Made by a program: the position numbers and the translations under genes. This document shows positions 10,672 through 19,636 of a stretch of DNA of 64,000 nucleotides, in pieces. Position 1 is the first letter of the stretch, and every line of letters starts with the position of its first letter. Source of the DNA: Candidatus Gottesmanbacteria bacterium UBA6580 (GTDB lineage: Bacteria; Patescibacteriota; Microgenomatia; UBA10105; UBA927); contig DJJA01000001.1 of the NCBI GenBank assembly GCA_002433895.1, forward strand, positions 15,438 through 79,437. Reading direction: 5' to 3'. The notes beneath the pieces are model-generated. The model was not told the DNA's origin. It did no database searches and saw only the letters and a list, made by a program, of their open reading frames with translations.

Positions 10672-11468
10672 AAAAATATTTTTCAGTCGTCATTTTGCTC
10701 GTTTTATTCCTCGTAAGCCTCCGCTTTGATACGACCAAGGTACAAGCCGCCTGTAATTGGACGCCATCCAACGGCACGGTAACTGCCACCACCTGTGGCA
10801 TTGACGGTCAATCCAGCGAGGCGTACGACTATTCAGCAGGAACTGATGACGCGTCAAATGGTGTGACCCTGGTCATTCCTAATGGTGTCACCGTAACCCT
10901 CAATACCGGTTCCGTCGGAACCCCTACGACGTTGTTTGTTGGCTCTATCAGCATTACCGGCACCGGATCGCTGGTTGCCTCCTCCAATTATGTTCAAATC
11001 AGGAGTGGATACAAATGTTATGTAACCGATGCAGATGCAGACGGCTATAGCCCAGCACCCAATACCTGCTACGATTCTCCAGCTGCAGGCAGAATACGTA
11101 AATTTTCTTCAGGGTTTCACCTAGGAACAGACTGTGGTGATAGTGCAAATGCAGCCTACCCTGGATCCACGACACCGCGGGGCGTAACGTTTACCAATGG
11201 TGTTAACCCATCATTGACCGGTGACTGGAACTGTGATGGTGTAGAAACAAAAACATACCCCACTGCAACCTATACCTGCAGCGCATGTACCAATGGCTCC
11301 GGCTATGCCAGTTATCGTAATACGACAAACGGGTTTCTCACCACGGTACCTAACTGCGGCGCTTCCGGCACTTACTACACCGTAACCAACTCTACGTGCC
11401 GGGATCCGGCAGTGGCAAACTGCAGCACCAGTGTTTCCACCTCTACGGTAACCCAGACCTGCCTGTAA
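10668..11468 (+). CDS. Secreted Cys-rich protein with DADADGY-type putative metal-binding motif
   Basis: Signal peptide MKKYFSVVILLVLFLVSL...VQA. About 20 Cys residues. The segment CYVTDADADGYSPAPNTCYD...DWNCDGVE resembles the MopE-like putative metal-binding motif. The ATGA overlap with the upstream gene indicates translational coupling. Confidence 0.65.
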   Translation: MKKYFSVVILLVLFLVSLRFDTTKVQAACNWTPSNGTVTATTCGIDGQSSEAYDYSAGTDDASNGVTLVIPNGVTVTLNTGSVGTPTTLFVGSISITGTGSLVASSNYVQIRSGYKCYVTDADADGYSPAPNTCYDSPAAGRIRKFSSGFHLGTDCGDSANAAYPGSTTPRGVTFTNGVNPSLTGDWNCDGVETKTYPTATYTCSACTNGSGYASYRNTTNGFLTTVPNCGASGTYYTVTNSTCRDPAVANCSTSVSTSTVTQTCL

Positions 11469-11744
11469 AAGGACGACAACAATCCCATTGCTATTGATCT
11501 CACCAATATATAATTTGGCACGCATGGTGTGACGGATATACCTCCATTGCGAGCATATGGATCATAGAGGCATACCGGAGTACAACACCAATAGTACACG
11601 AGCGAAACTCAAATCCGTCAAAACCACCCGTTTACCTTAAAACTAGCGGTACTATACTTAGTGGAATACGTAAGAGAAGGTACATGTACGGCCTACCAAT
11701 GATGCCTACAAACGAGTTTGAGAAGATCACGGTACAACAATTAC

Positions 11745-12281
11745 TCACTCAGAACACACCGCGTAGTCAGAGCCTGATAACCCGCTGCATATAGCGCCAC
11801 AGCGCGACCATGAGGCAGCGATCTCCGCGTCGGACACGTTCTCCAGCGATCCCTTTAGACAAAAGTCGGCACCGCTGTTTGCATCATTATAAAACATGCT
11901 GGTTCCTAACTCTCCCGGAAATTTTGTCATATACACCGTCTCACAGCCCGTACCTCCTGCCGCAAAATCCACCGAACATCCAGCAGGGCACAATGTATCA
12001 CCGTCAGCACCACACCCTGCAATATAATTTAACTTGCCCACGCCGCCATTTTGAGAAGCGGGATAGATTTTATAATCGTTATAATACAACTGCAATGCTG
12101 TTTTGAGCTGGTTTAATTCACCTTTCCTCCGCGCGTCACGCGCCCTGGTTCTTGCTCCCAAAAAATTTGGCAAAGCCAATCCGATAATCGTTGCGATTAC
12201 CGCGATGGCCACGAGCAGTTCTATGAGACTAAAACCATCTATTTTGTTTCGTTTATTAGTATTAGATATCGTTTTTTTCAT
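11745..12281 (-). CDS. Type IV pilin / pseudopilin-like protein
   Basis: Class III (prepilin) signal: KIDG|FSLIELLVAIAVIATIIGLAL, with Phe at +1 and Glu at +5. Hydrophobic N-terminal helix followed by a Cys-containing C-terminal domain. Confidence 0.8.
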   Translation of the reverse strand: MKKTISNTNKRNKIDGFSLIELLVAIAVIATIIGLALPNFLGARTRARDARRKGELNQLKTALQLYYNDYKIYPASQNGGVGKLNYIAGCGADGDTLCPAGCSVDFAAGGTGCETVYMTKFPGELGTSMFYNDANSGADFCLKGSLENVSDAEIAASWSRCGAICSGLSGSDYAVCSE

Positions 12282-12292
12282 GTTTGATATGT

Positions 12293-12838
12293 TTAAGGGG
12301 TAGTGTTACTACTGCTTATGCCATACGTACACGCGACCGCGCTATCCAATGAGCAATCGGTGCCAGTGTATCCAGATTGATTAACATTGTCGCCTTCATC
12401 CAGCGTATTTTCCAGTTTAGCATAAATTCTGTAGGAATCCGTTCCCGCCTCATAGAAATATGTTTGGCTACTCAAGGGATCTTCCGGAGTAAGCACCATA
12501 TACAAGGTTCCGTTGGTGTCTTTAAATTGCCCGCCCCACTCACATACTTGAACATCACCACACCCGGGACTCGCGCAACAACCGACCATCTCACCCGCAC
12601 TATTACTTGTTGGATACCGGCCTTTATCACTGTAGTATGTCTCAAGCGCGGTCGTCAGATTGCGCAAATCATTTTTCCGCCGGTTATCGCGGCCGCGGCG
12701 CGAACTCGATGCATACGTACCGGTTGCGATAGCCACAAGTACTGCAAGTATCACCATAACAATCAACAATTCCATTAATGTGAAGCCGTCTCGATAACGT
12801 AATTTTTTCATCATATCTTTCATAGTATAGCTCATCAT
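12293..12838 (-). CDS. Type IV pilin-like protein. Start moved to the internal ATG; the track ORF extends to 12937.
   Basis: Prepilin motif RYRDG|FTLMELLIVMVILAVLVAIATG. The ATG at 12838-12836 sits 1 nt after the TAA of the upstream pilin gene. The 5' extension in the ORF track would overlap that gene by ~100 nt. Confidence 0.75.
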   Translation of the reverse strand: MMSYTMKDMMKKLRYRDGFTLMELLIVMVILAVLVAIATGTYASSSRRGRDNRRKNDLRNLTTALETYYSDKGRYPTSNSAGEMVGCCASPGCGDVQVCEWGGQFKDTNGTLYMVLTPEDPLSSQTYFYEAGTDSYRIYAKLENTLDEGDNVNQSGYTGTDCSLDSAVACTYGISSSNTTP

Positions 12839-12839
12839 A

Positions 12840-13562
12840 TTATTGCGCACACCAATAACTTGCGCTACCGCATAATCCCTGACAGTCTGATTCAGCAAAG
12901 GACCGGGGACACCCGTAACTTGCAGGATCACCGACATTATTACATGTTCCAGGGCTCACCACCTGACCACCTGAAAGCGTTCCCGGGCGGCAGGCGTATG
13001 GCCCGTCATACGCGGGTGTAGGCGTTAATGAAGGCGTCGGTGTGGTGCCTGGTACAAACCCGGGAGCCGTTACAGTCGTGCCGGTCGCCAAACAGTAATT
13101 CCAATACGCGCCCCATCCGCACCCTTGTTCTGCATGACAGCCAAGCGTCGTAATATCGGGATCCGCCCAATCCTGCAACTTGGTGCAGACCCGGTTTCCA
13201 AGACATACATTCGTCTCGCTATCCGGCTGGTATAAATACGGCTCCTGGGTCGTAGGATCGCAGGGAATTTTATCTAAATACGGACTCAATGCGTTACCTT
13301 CGCAACTGTTAAGAATTTCCATAGAAGGATAACAATTATTGTCGTTATAGTACTCTTCAAATGCCCGCCTGATATTGGCGATATCAGTTTTCCGTTGGGC
13401 GTCCTGCGCGCGGAAAACGCTCCGTTTCCAATTAACCAACAAAAATAATACTGCGAGGATGGCGATAATAACGATGACAATAAGCAACTCCGCAAGCGTC
13501 CAGCCGGCCTGAGGTGATCGGCGGGCGTGCTTTACGAGGTGGGCAGACAGGATCCGTTTCAT
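12840..13562 (-). CDS. Type IV pilin-like protein, Cys-rich C-terminal domain
   Basis: Prepilin-like leader ending QAG|WTLAELLIVIVIIAILAVLFLL with Glu at +5. It is the first gene of a three-gene pilin tandem. Confidence 0.7.
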   Translation of the reverse strand: MKRILSAHLVKHARRSPQAGWTLAELLIVIVIIAILAVLFLLVNWKRSVFRAQDAQRKTDIANIRRAFEEYYNDNNCYPSMEILNSCEGNALSPYLDKIPCDPTTQEPYLYQPDSETNVCLGNRVCTKLQDWADPDITTLGCHAEQGCGWGAYWNYCLATGTTVTAPGFVPGTTPTPSLTPTPAYDGPYACRPGTLSGGQVVSPGTCNNVGDPASYGCPRSFAESDCQGLCGSASYWCAQ

Positions 13563-13631
13563 CGCAAATACCTTTCGTCCTCTAGTATGGCAAAACTATA
13601 GAACAAACACAATGAGACGCACTACTGCCAT

Positions 13632-15665
13632 ATGGTACACTACGTTCATAATTATCATAATCTGTTTGCTATGATCTTCTTTTTTGCTTTCCTCTTTCTT
13701 TCATTCTTGATGCCACACGATCAGGAGTTATATCTTGAGTTTTACTGGGCAGCCGTGCTTCTCATCCTCCTGGGATATCGTATATTTATCCAACAAAAAG
13801 CGCTCGTTTTGCCCCGCACGTTATTATTGCTGTGGGGAACAACCCTTCTTGGATTAATAATCACGGCGGCGGCGTCACGGAGTATCGCCAGCTCACTTGC
13901 TGTTTTCGTCCGGTATTTCGAAGGGGCAATTATATTTTTTCTCGCACTAGATAATCGTGCACATCACCATACGACACCCACCGTCACGAAGGCACTCCTG
14001 GCGACAGGGAAAGCCACGATACTTACTTTTTTTCTCCTTATCTGCTTCCCGTTTGTTTCGCAAGTTATCCCCCCGTATAACGGCATCCTGGCCGCAAACG
14101 GGCATCATCCAATCGCGCATTTCCTCGTCGCCCTCGTTCCCGTTATAACGCTACTCTCGCTCCCCCGGGGTGCGAAACGATATATACATTACTTTCTGGT
14201 ATTCCTAGCTCTCATTCTCAGTGCAGCAAGAGGCGCATGGATTGTCGTAGCAGCATTTCTCACATTCCGATCCACACAAATCAAAACAATATCCCATCAG
14301 TTTTTTACTTTCACGGTAATCGGCCTATTTATCACCGCTTTTTCCGGCATGTTTTGGCTATCACTACTGCCTTACGAACAAAAGCTGAATGTAGTAGAGA
14401 CCTATCCCCGGCTTAGCATGTTTGTGAAAGAGAGTAACCACACCTTGCGGTTTGGCTACATACAAGAAGCGGTACACGCGCTACGGGATAAACCATTATT
14501 GGGGCACGGACCGGGCACATTCCACCTCCTTTCACGTCTCTATGCCGCATCACCGGCTTCGTACGCGCGCTTTACCCACTCACTCCCCTTTGAAATTCTC
14601 GCTGAAAACGGATTTGCCGGCACCATTCCTATCGCAGTGCTTTTTGGCACGGTCTTTTTATCGTTGTTGTCAATTATACGGATCTCAACAGACACACCGC
14701 GCGCCGCGCTTGCATGGAGCGCACTTCTCCTTCTTTATTATAGTGTCATTGAAACAACACTCAACAACCTCTCTATCTGGCTCCTATTCTGGGCAATCAG
14801 CGGTCATGTGGTCCCGTATGTGGCACGCGTAAATCAACGATTATCAGAGACCGTGTCTTTTATCATGTTGTTCGTATTATTAGCGTTCATTGCAAGCTAC
14901 GGGGTAACGCGCGTGTTTTCCAGCAGGCTTACCCTCACTCAATCAGTTGCCATCGCTCCGTATTTCAAAAGCAATATCCTGCAGGAAATCACGACCGCCG
15001 GTACACAGGAAGTGAAAAGGAACGCACCAAATATTCTCGCGTGGCACAGTAAGGATCCGGATATGTATCATGCCCTTGCCCGGACGGCTAATCCGTTTGT
15101 TGCCGAAAAATACTATATGAAAGCGTTAGACTATGACCCACATAATAATGGCTACCTCAAAGAATACCTCGCGCTCCTTATAGATAATGATAAAAGCAAC
15201 CAAGTCGGGGCCACCATGTGCCGTTTTTCTCAATCAGACCCACGGATGAAATCCAACACACTTTGCGGGTATCTTCGTGGAGAGTCATTTACCCGCTACA
15301 GCAATACCGAATCATTTTATTCTGCGCTCAACTATCTCCAAGGTACAGATGGCAAGGCAAAATTTTATTATTTTCTAGGCCTTTCGGTTTTTCATACACA
15401 ACAGGATATTGATGGTGCCACACTCTTATGGCACACCGCCCGCGATATCGCTCCGGAATGGGGATTTTACCACCTCGAGCTTGCGAGTGCGTATTACTAT
15501 TGGCATAAAAACGAAGAAATGGCAGACGCAGCACTGCTGGCGTGCATACAAAACGCATACGCGAAATCAGGATGCAGAAAAGCAGTGTCTGATCTCACTG
15601 ACCTACTCGAGCCCGGACTGCGGGCTCCGGATATCATAGCAATACCTGCAATACTCCCCCAATGA
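13632..15665 (+). CDS. O-antigen ligase/polymerase-like (Wzy_C) polytopic membrane protein with C-terminal TPR domain
   Basis: At least 10 predicted TM helices. Conserved SAARGAWI and HGPGTFHLL...LAENGFAG motifs typical of O-antigen ligase-like proteins. C-terminal ~230 aa are TPR-like (YYMKALDYDPHNNGYLKEYLALL). Start may instead be the ATG at 13671. Confidence 0.7.
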   Translation: MVHYVHNYHNLFAMIFFFAFLFLSFLMPHDQELYLEFYWAAVLLILLGYRIFIQQKALVLPRTLLLLWGTTLLGLIITAAASRSIASSLAVFVRYFEGAIIFFLALDNRAHHHTTPTVTKALLATGKATILTFFLLICFPFVSQVIPPYNGILAANGHHPIAHFLVALVPVITLLSLPRGAKRYIHYFLVFLALILSAARGAWIVVAAFLTFRSTQIKTISHQFFTFTVIGLFITAFSGMFWLSLLPYEQKLNVVETYPRLSMFVKESNHTLRFGYIQEAVHALRDKPLLGHGPGTFHLLSRLYAASPASYARFTHSLPFEILAENGFAGTIPIAVLFGTVFLSLLSIIRISTDTPRAALAWSALLLLYYSVIETTLNNLSIWLLFWAISGHVVPYVARVNQRLSETVSFIMLFVLLAFIASYGVTRVFSSRLTLTQSVAIAPYFKSNILQEITTAGTQEVKRNAPNILAWHSKDPDMYHALARTANPFVAEKYYMKALDYDPHNNGYLKEYLALLIDNDKSNQVGATMCRFSQSDPRMKSNTLCGYLRGESFTRYSNTESFYSALNYLQGTDGKAKFYYFLGLSVFHTQQDIDGATLLWHTARDIAPEWGFYHLELASAYYYWHKNEEMADAALLACIQNAYAKSGCRKAVSDLTDLLEPGLRAPDIIAIPAILPQ

Positions 15666-16534
15666 AATACCCAACCCTCTCTATCATCACCGTGACAAAA
15701 AACAGATCCAAACTGTTATATATTGCGCTTACTTCACTCATGGGGCAATGCTTACCGGGAGACGAAATTATCGTTGTGGATGCCTCTACTGATGACACGC
15801 CTGCGGTAGTCGCGCACCTCGCCAAAAAACTCCCTATCGTGTACGTACGCTATCTCAAAAAAGGTTATCCTGCTTTTTACAACAAAGCTGCCCGGCGCGC
15901 CAAGGGTGATATCCTCGTTTTTTTTGACGACGACTGCAAAGCCTCCCCAGCATTCCTTTCCCGTATCAGACAAGCCCATAGAAAACATCCAAACGCCGTC
16001 ATCCAGGGGCTCACGCACAGCGTCCCCCGCGGCAATCTATATGTCGATATTATGGGCGACCACTATAATAACTGGCTTGCCACAATGTCACTATCCAAAA
16101 ATACGCTTAAAACATTTGACAGCAAAAACGCGTCCATACCCCGTGCGTTATTTTGGAAATATGGAGGGCTATCGCCGCGCATGCACCGGGGAAGTGAAGA
16201 TATTGAGCTCGGATTACGCCTCAGACGGGCGGGTGTCACTATTTATCTCGACCGGTCTATCGTCGCCTCCCATCACGAGCGGACTACGCTTCATGGATTT
16301 CTTTTTCAACATCGGCGGTTTGCGGCAAGTGAAGGGTATCTTGATAAGATATTACCTCCATCCGAACGCCTTGGCGTTATCCCCCCAAAAAAACTCCTGC
16401 TCCATATTCGAAGTTTTTTTCGCCGGGAGGTCAATTTCATACAGCATGGTAAATGGAAAGAGGCTATCGGTCATGTACTTCTCTATATAGCTCTTGCATG
16501 TATAAGAATTTGGGGGTACGCTAGGCATCGATGA
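15662..16534 (+). CDS. GT2-family glycosyltransferase
   Basis: LSIITVTKNRSKLL...EIIVVDASTDDT...GDILVFFDDDC (DxD). ATGA overlap with the upstream gene. Confidence 0.8.
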   Translation: MKYPTLSIITVTKNRSKLLYIALTSLMGQCLPGDEIIVVDASTDDTPAVVAHLAKKLPIVYVRYLKKGYPAFYNKAARRAKGDILVFFDDDCKASPAFLSRIRQAHRKHPNAVIQGLTHSVPRGNLYVDIMGDHYNNWLATMSLSKNTLKTFDSKNASIPRALFWKYGGLSPRMHRGSEDIELGLRLRRAGVTIYLDRSIVASHHERTTLHGFLFQHRRFAASEGYLDKILPPSERLGVIPPKKLLLHIRSFFRREVNFIQHGKWKEAIGHVLLYIALACIRIWGYARHR

Positions 16535-16986
16535 AACCCCGGATCGGCATCATCACATCAAAGGGAGGGCACGTCTATCAAATGCACCGCCTAAAACCCT
16601 GGTGGAGCAAGTACGATCACTTTTGGGTAACATTTTCCGGTGAAGATGTCGCTTCGCTGCTCAAAAAGGAACGTGTTTATTACGGCTATTATCCAGAAAC
16701 CAGGAATATGTATAACGCCATCCGGCACCTGGGTCTCGCATGGCACATCCTCCGTACAGAACGCCCCACGCTCCTCATTAGCTGCGGCGCAGGAATCGCG
16801 CCGCCATTTTTTATTATCGGCAAATTACTCGGCATAAAAACGGTATTTATCGAAGTATTCGACCTTCTCAAACACCCCAGTCTTACCGGTCGCATCCTTT
16901 CACCTTTTGTCGATCATATACTCGTGCAACATCCTACTCAAAAAAAATTTTATCCACGCGCGCACTATAAAGGAGCGATATTATGA
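16531..16986 (+). CDS. Alg14-like membrane-anchor subunit of a bipartite glycosyltransferase (Cps14F/EpsE-like)
   Basis: IGIITSKGGHVYQM (SGGH motif), then PTLLISCGAGIAPPFFIIGKLLGIKTVFIEVFDLLKHPSLTGRIL, matching the Alg14-like ES..R....SLTGK signature. ATGA overlap with upstream GT2. Confidence 0.75.
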   Translation: MKPRIGIITSKGGHVYQMHRLKPWWSKYDHFWVTFSGEDVASLLKKERVYYGYYPETRNMYNAIRHLGLAWHILRTERPTLLISCGAGIAPPFFIIGKLLGIKTVFIEVFDLLKHPSLTGRILSPFVDHILVQHPTQKKFYPRAHYKGAIL

Positions 16987-17100
16987 CCGTGTGGTAGAAT
17001 TTCGGCACGCTTTAGTTCATTGCGTATTATATGGATAATCTAAACAATATGGGATATATACAAAGAAAGGAGACTGAAATTTTGCCAGCGTCATAACGCA

Positions 17101-17610
17101 ATGGCCGAAATTTCACTACCCGGTATGATACTGGTAACGGTCGGTTCTACGCTGTTTCCCTTTCAACGGATGACAACCCTTGTCGAACATCTTATACATA
17201 TCCGCCCGGCAAATGAAAAAATTATCTTTCAATATGGTCACACACCACCCCACTTTCTGGATCCTGAAATAGAACCACACGCGTTCATTCCACACCGAAA
17301 ACTTATAGAGTATATGAGGCAGTCGCGAGTCATTATTTGTCATGGCGGACCAGCGACCATCTATCAAGCGCTTTCATTTGGCAAAATCCCATGGGTGCTC
17401 CCCCGGCAAAAACACTACGGTGAACACCTTAATGATCATCAGGTAGATTTTGCCAAGTTTATGGCAAACCACGGCCTTATCCGCGTGGTAACCCCAAAAA
17501 CATCACTTATAAATATCGTTACCGCTGCCGATAGCATTGACCCGATACAAAAGAAAAATCCAGCGCTTATCCGCTATTTAGATACATTGGTTCATCAAGT
17601 GGCAAAATAA
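17101..17610 (+). CDS. Alg13-like catalytic subunit (Glyco_tran_28 C-terminal domain, Cps14G/EpsF-like). Start may be the ATG at 17125.
   Basis: MILVTVGSTLFPF followed by VIICHGGPATIYQALSFGKIPWVLPRQKHYGEHLNDHQVDFAKFMANHG, the hallmark of Alg13/MurG C-terminal-type domains. It sits immediately after the Alg14-like gene, as in streptococcal cps14F-cps14G. Confidence 0.8.
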   Translation: MAEISLPGMILVTVGSTLFPFQRMTTLVEHLIHIRPANEKIIFQYGHTPPHFLDPEIEPHAFIPHRKLIEYMRQSRVIICHGGPATIYQALSFGKIPWVLPRQKHYGEHLNDHQVDFAKFMANHGLIRVVTPKTSLINIVTAADSIDPIQKKNPALIRYLDTLVHQVAK

Positions 17611-17632
17611 GCCTCATATACCCTTCTCTATC

Positions 17633-17654
17633 GCGCCCGCTTTCACTGCGGCGC
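17633..17654 (+). other. GC-rich hairpin (7 bp with one bulge, 7-nt loop) in the Alg13–radical SAM intergenic spacer, without a U-tract
   Basis: GCGCCCGC-tttcact-GCGGCGC. No following T-run, so it is not a classical intrinsic terminator. It could be an RNA processing or attenuation element, or coincidental. Confidence 0.25.
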
Positions 17655-17723
17655 ACAGATGATATACTCAGTTATCAGACAGGGATAGCGCCCACTATTC
17701 CTCCCTCTCTGTAATACATCACT

Positions 17724-18737
17724 ATGGTAGACACGCAGCACCAACTACCCAAAAGCGCATTTATTTCCGTGACGCTGTTATGCAACTCCCGTTGTATCCA
17801 CTGCGACATCTGGAAAAACCGCGGGCTCGATTTTTTACCGGTATCGATCTATAAAAAACTACCCCCGTCGCTTGAAATGGTCGATATTACGGGTGGTGAA
17901 CCGTTCCTACGGAATGATATCCCCGAAATTGTCAGGATAATCCGGAAGCGTTGTCCCAAAGCGCGGATATTGATCACAACAAACGGATTTCTGCCGGAAA
18001 AAATCAAAAAATACGCGCCGACCATCGTTACCTACGATCCTGCCATAGCATTCCGCCTTTCCCTTGACGGATGGGGGGAAACCCACGAAAAAGTCAGGGG
18101 CATACCACAAGCGTTTGAAAAAGTTATGCAATCGGTAGCCATCCTCAAAGAAGCGGGCGTAACAGACATTGGCCTTACATTCACCCTCATGGCAATTAAT
18201 CAGCACGAACTGAAATCCGTCTTCACTTATTGCAAAAAAGAAAAACTCGCATTCTCTTTAAATGTGGTCCATGACTCCCCGATCTACTTTGGCAAAGGGA
18301 AAATGCGGCTGCAGCCACAACCAAAAAGTGTAAAAAAAGACTTTGATTATTTGTTTTCTGCACAAATGAAAAGCATCAACCCCAAAGATTGGGGGAAGGC
18401 ATGGTTTAACCGGTATTCGTATGAATATATGCTGCACCACCGCCGCCCATTACCCTGTGGAGCGGGAGAAAACTTTTTTTATATGGATCCGTTCGCCAAT
18501 ATATTTATGTGTCAAATCAAAAATTGGCCTATTGGAAACTTGCAAAAACAATCATTTGAACAAATATGGTATTCAAAGCCAAAACAAAAGTTTCTTCCTG
18601 CAGCCCACGCGTGCAATGACTGTTGGATAGTGTGTACGGCAAAAGACGCTATTAAAAAAAACAAACTCAAAGTAGGCGCTGACATCATATCGCTTATTGC
18701 CACAGGCAAACCCATGTTGTCACCCCATGAACCATGA
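17724..18737 (+). CDS. Radical SAM enzyme with C-terminal SPASM/twitch-like Cys-rich domain
   Basis: CNSRCIHC is CxxxCxxC at residues 21-28. GGEPFL glycine-rich SAM motif and TNG motif present. C-terminal cysteines PCGAG...FMCQ...HACNDCWIVC are consistent with an auxiliary Fe-S cluster domain. Confidence 0.85.
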   Translation: MVDTQHQLPKSAFISVTLLCNSRCIHCDIWKNRGLDFLPVSIYKKLPPSLEMVDITGGEPFLRNDIPEIVRIIRKRCPKARILITTNGFLPEKIKKYAPTIVTYDPAIAFRLSLDGWGETHEKVRGIPQAFEKVMQSVAILKEAGVTDIGLTFTLMAINQHELKSVFTYCKKEKLAFSLNVVHDSPIYFGKGKMRLQPQPKSVKKDFDYLFSAQMKSINPKDWGKAWFNRYSYEYMLHHRRPLPCGAGENFFYMDPFANIFMCQIKNWPIGNLQKQSFEQIWYSKPKQKFLPAAHACNDCWIVCTAKDAIKKNKLKVGADIISLIATGKPMLSPHEP

Positions 18738-19636
18738 AAAGCACGCCGACTATCAGCGTTGTCATCCTTACCAGCGACCGCCCGCACCTTTTGGAAAAGG
18801 CGCTTACCTCTATCCACCGCCAACAAACGCAGCCAATTGAAGTGGTTATTGTCGATGGCTCAACCCGCTTCCACAAAGAAACAGTCGCGGTCATCAAAGC
18901 GCATACCAACACCCTACACATCATCAAACGGAATACGAAGCACTCAATCCCCTATGGTCGCACCCTGGGCGCCAAAACCGCACACGGTGACATCGTTGTG
19001 TATCTGGATGATGACTGCGTGGCACATGAACAGTATCTGCAAAAATTTCAACAGCATTTTAAACGCGACCCTGACCTCACTGCCGTTATCGGCCGCATAA
19101 AAAACGCTCACGAAAACAATGTCTATGCGGCAACACAATTTGCATACTACCACCGGGGACTGAACCATTTTTTCCCCGGGCTAAAACAGGCAGCTCCCCT
19201 TCTCTGGGGGAGAATACTCGATTGCGAAGTAATGGGGATCAGACGGTCTACACTGCTTTCCTTTGGATTTCCTGAGCGGCACCGCAGATATAGAAATGAC
19301 GATGTGGAACTCGGTCTTCGGCTCATAAAAGCAGGAAAATCCGTGTTCTTTGATCCCACAATCATCGCGTATGCGACCCCAAGGGTTGCGTTGGCACCGC
19401 TTTGGACAGCCGCGTTTTGGAACGGATATTCTGACGCCTGTACCGCGCACCTTTATCACGTCAATCTGAAAGAGGCGCCATACCCTACTTTTTTTCCGGT
19501 ATGGTTTATTCATGAGCTATACTCAAAAACATCATTCGGGATGACGAAAAAAATGTGGTACGCGCTGCTCCTCCTGCTATTCCCAATAGTCTCTCGCCTG
19601 GGTAAAGTGTGGTATCACCTACATCGATTTATATGA
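18734..19636 (+). CDS. GT2-family glycosyltransferase
   Basis: ISVVILTSDRPHLLEKAL...VVIVDGST...GDIVVYLDDDC. ATGA overlap with the radical SAM gene. Confidence 0.8.
   Translation: MKSTPTISVVILTSDRPHLLEKALTSIHRQQTQPIEVVIVDGSTRFHKETVAVIKAHTNTLHIIKRNTKHSIPYGRTLGAKTAHGDIVVYLDDDCVAHEQYLQKFQQHFKRDPDLTAVIGRIKNAHENNVYAATQFAYYHRGLNHFFPGLKQAAPLLWGRILDCEVMGIRRSTLLSFGFPERHRRYRNDDVELGLRLIKAGKSVFFDPTIIAYATPRVALAPLWTAAFWNGYSDACTAHLYHVNLKEAPYPTFFPVWFIHELYSKTSFGMTKKMWYALLLLLFPIVSRLGKVWYHLHRFI

Noticed and set aside
11469-11744. The 276-bp convergent intergenic region, the largest in the window, checked for tRNA or small RNA and terminators
   Set aside because: No tRNA-like T-loop/acceptor pattern and no GC-hairpin plus U-tract. 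The only feature is a 10-bp palindrome GTACATGTAC at 11680-11689, which is too short to call.
15906-16490. 194-aa alternate-frame ORF inside GT2 gene 15662..16534
   Set aside because: Overlaps a gene with clear GT2 motifs in another frame. No independent signals support it.
16987-17100. Possible 15-codon mini-ORF (MGYIQRKETEILPAS) and AAAGGAG Shine-Dalgarno in the Alg14–Alg13 spacer as a leader-peptide attenuator
   Set aside because: The SD is 24 nt from the Alg13 ATG. The mini-ORF has no Cys/Ser/Thr enrichment and no conservation evidence, so it is purely speculative.
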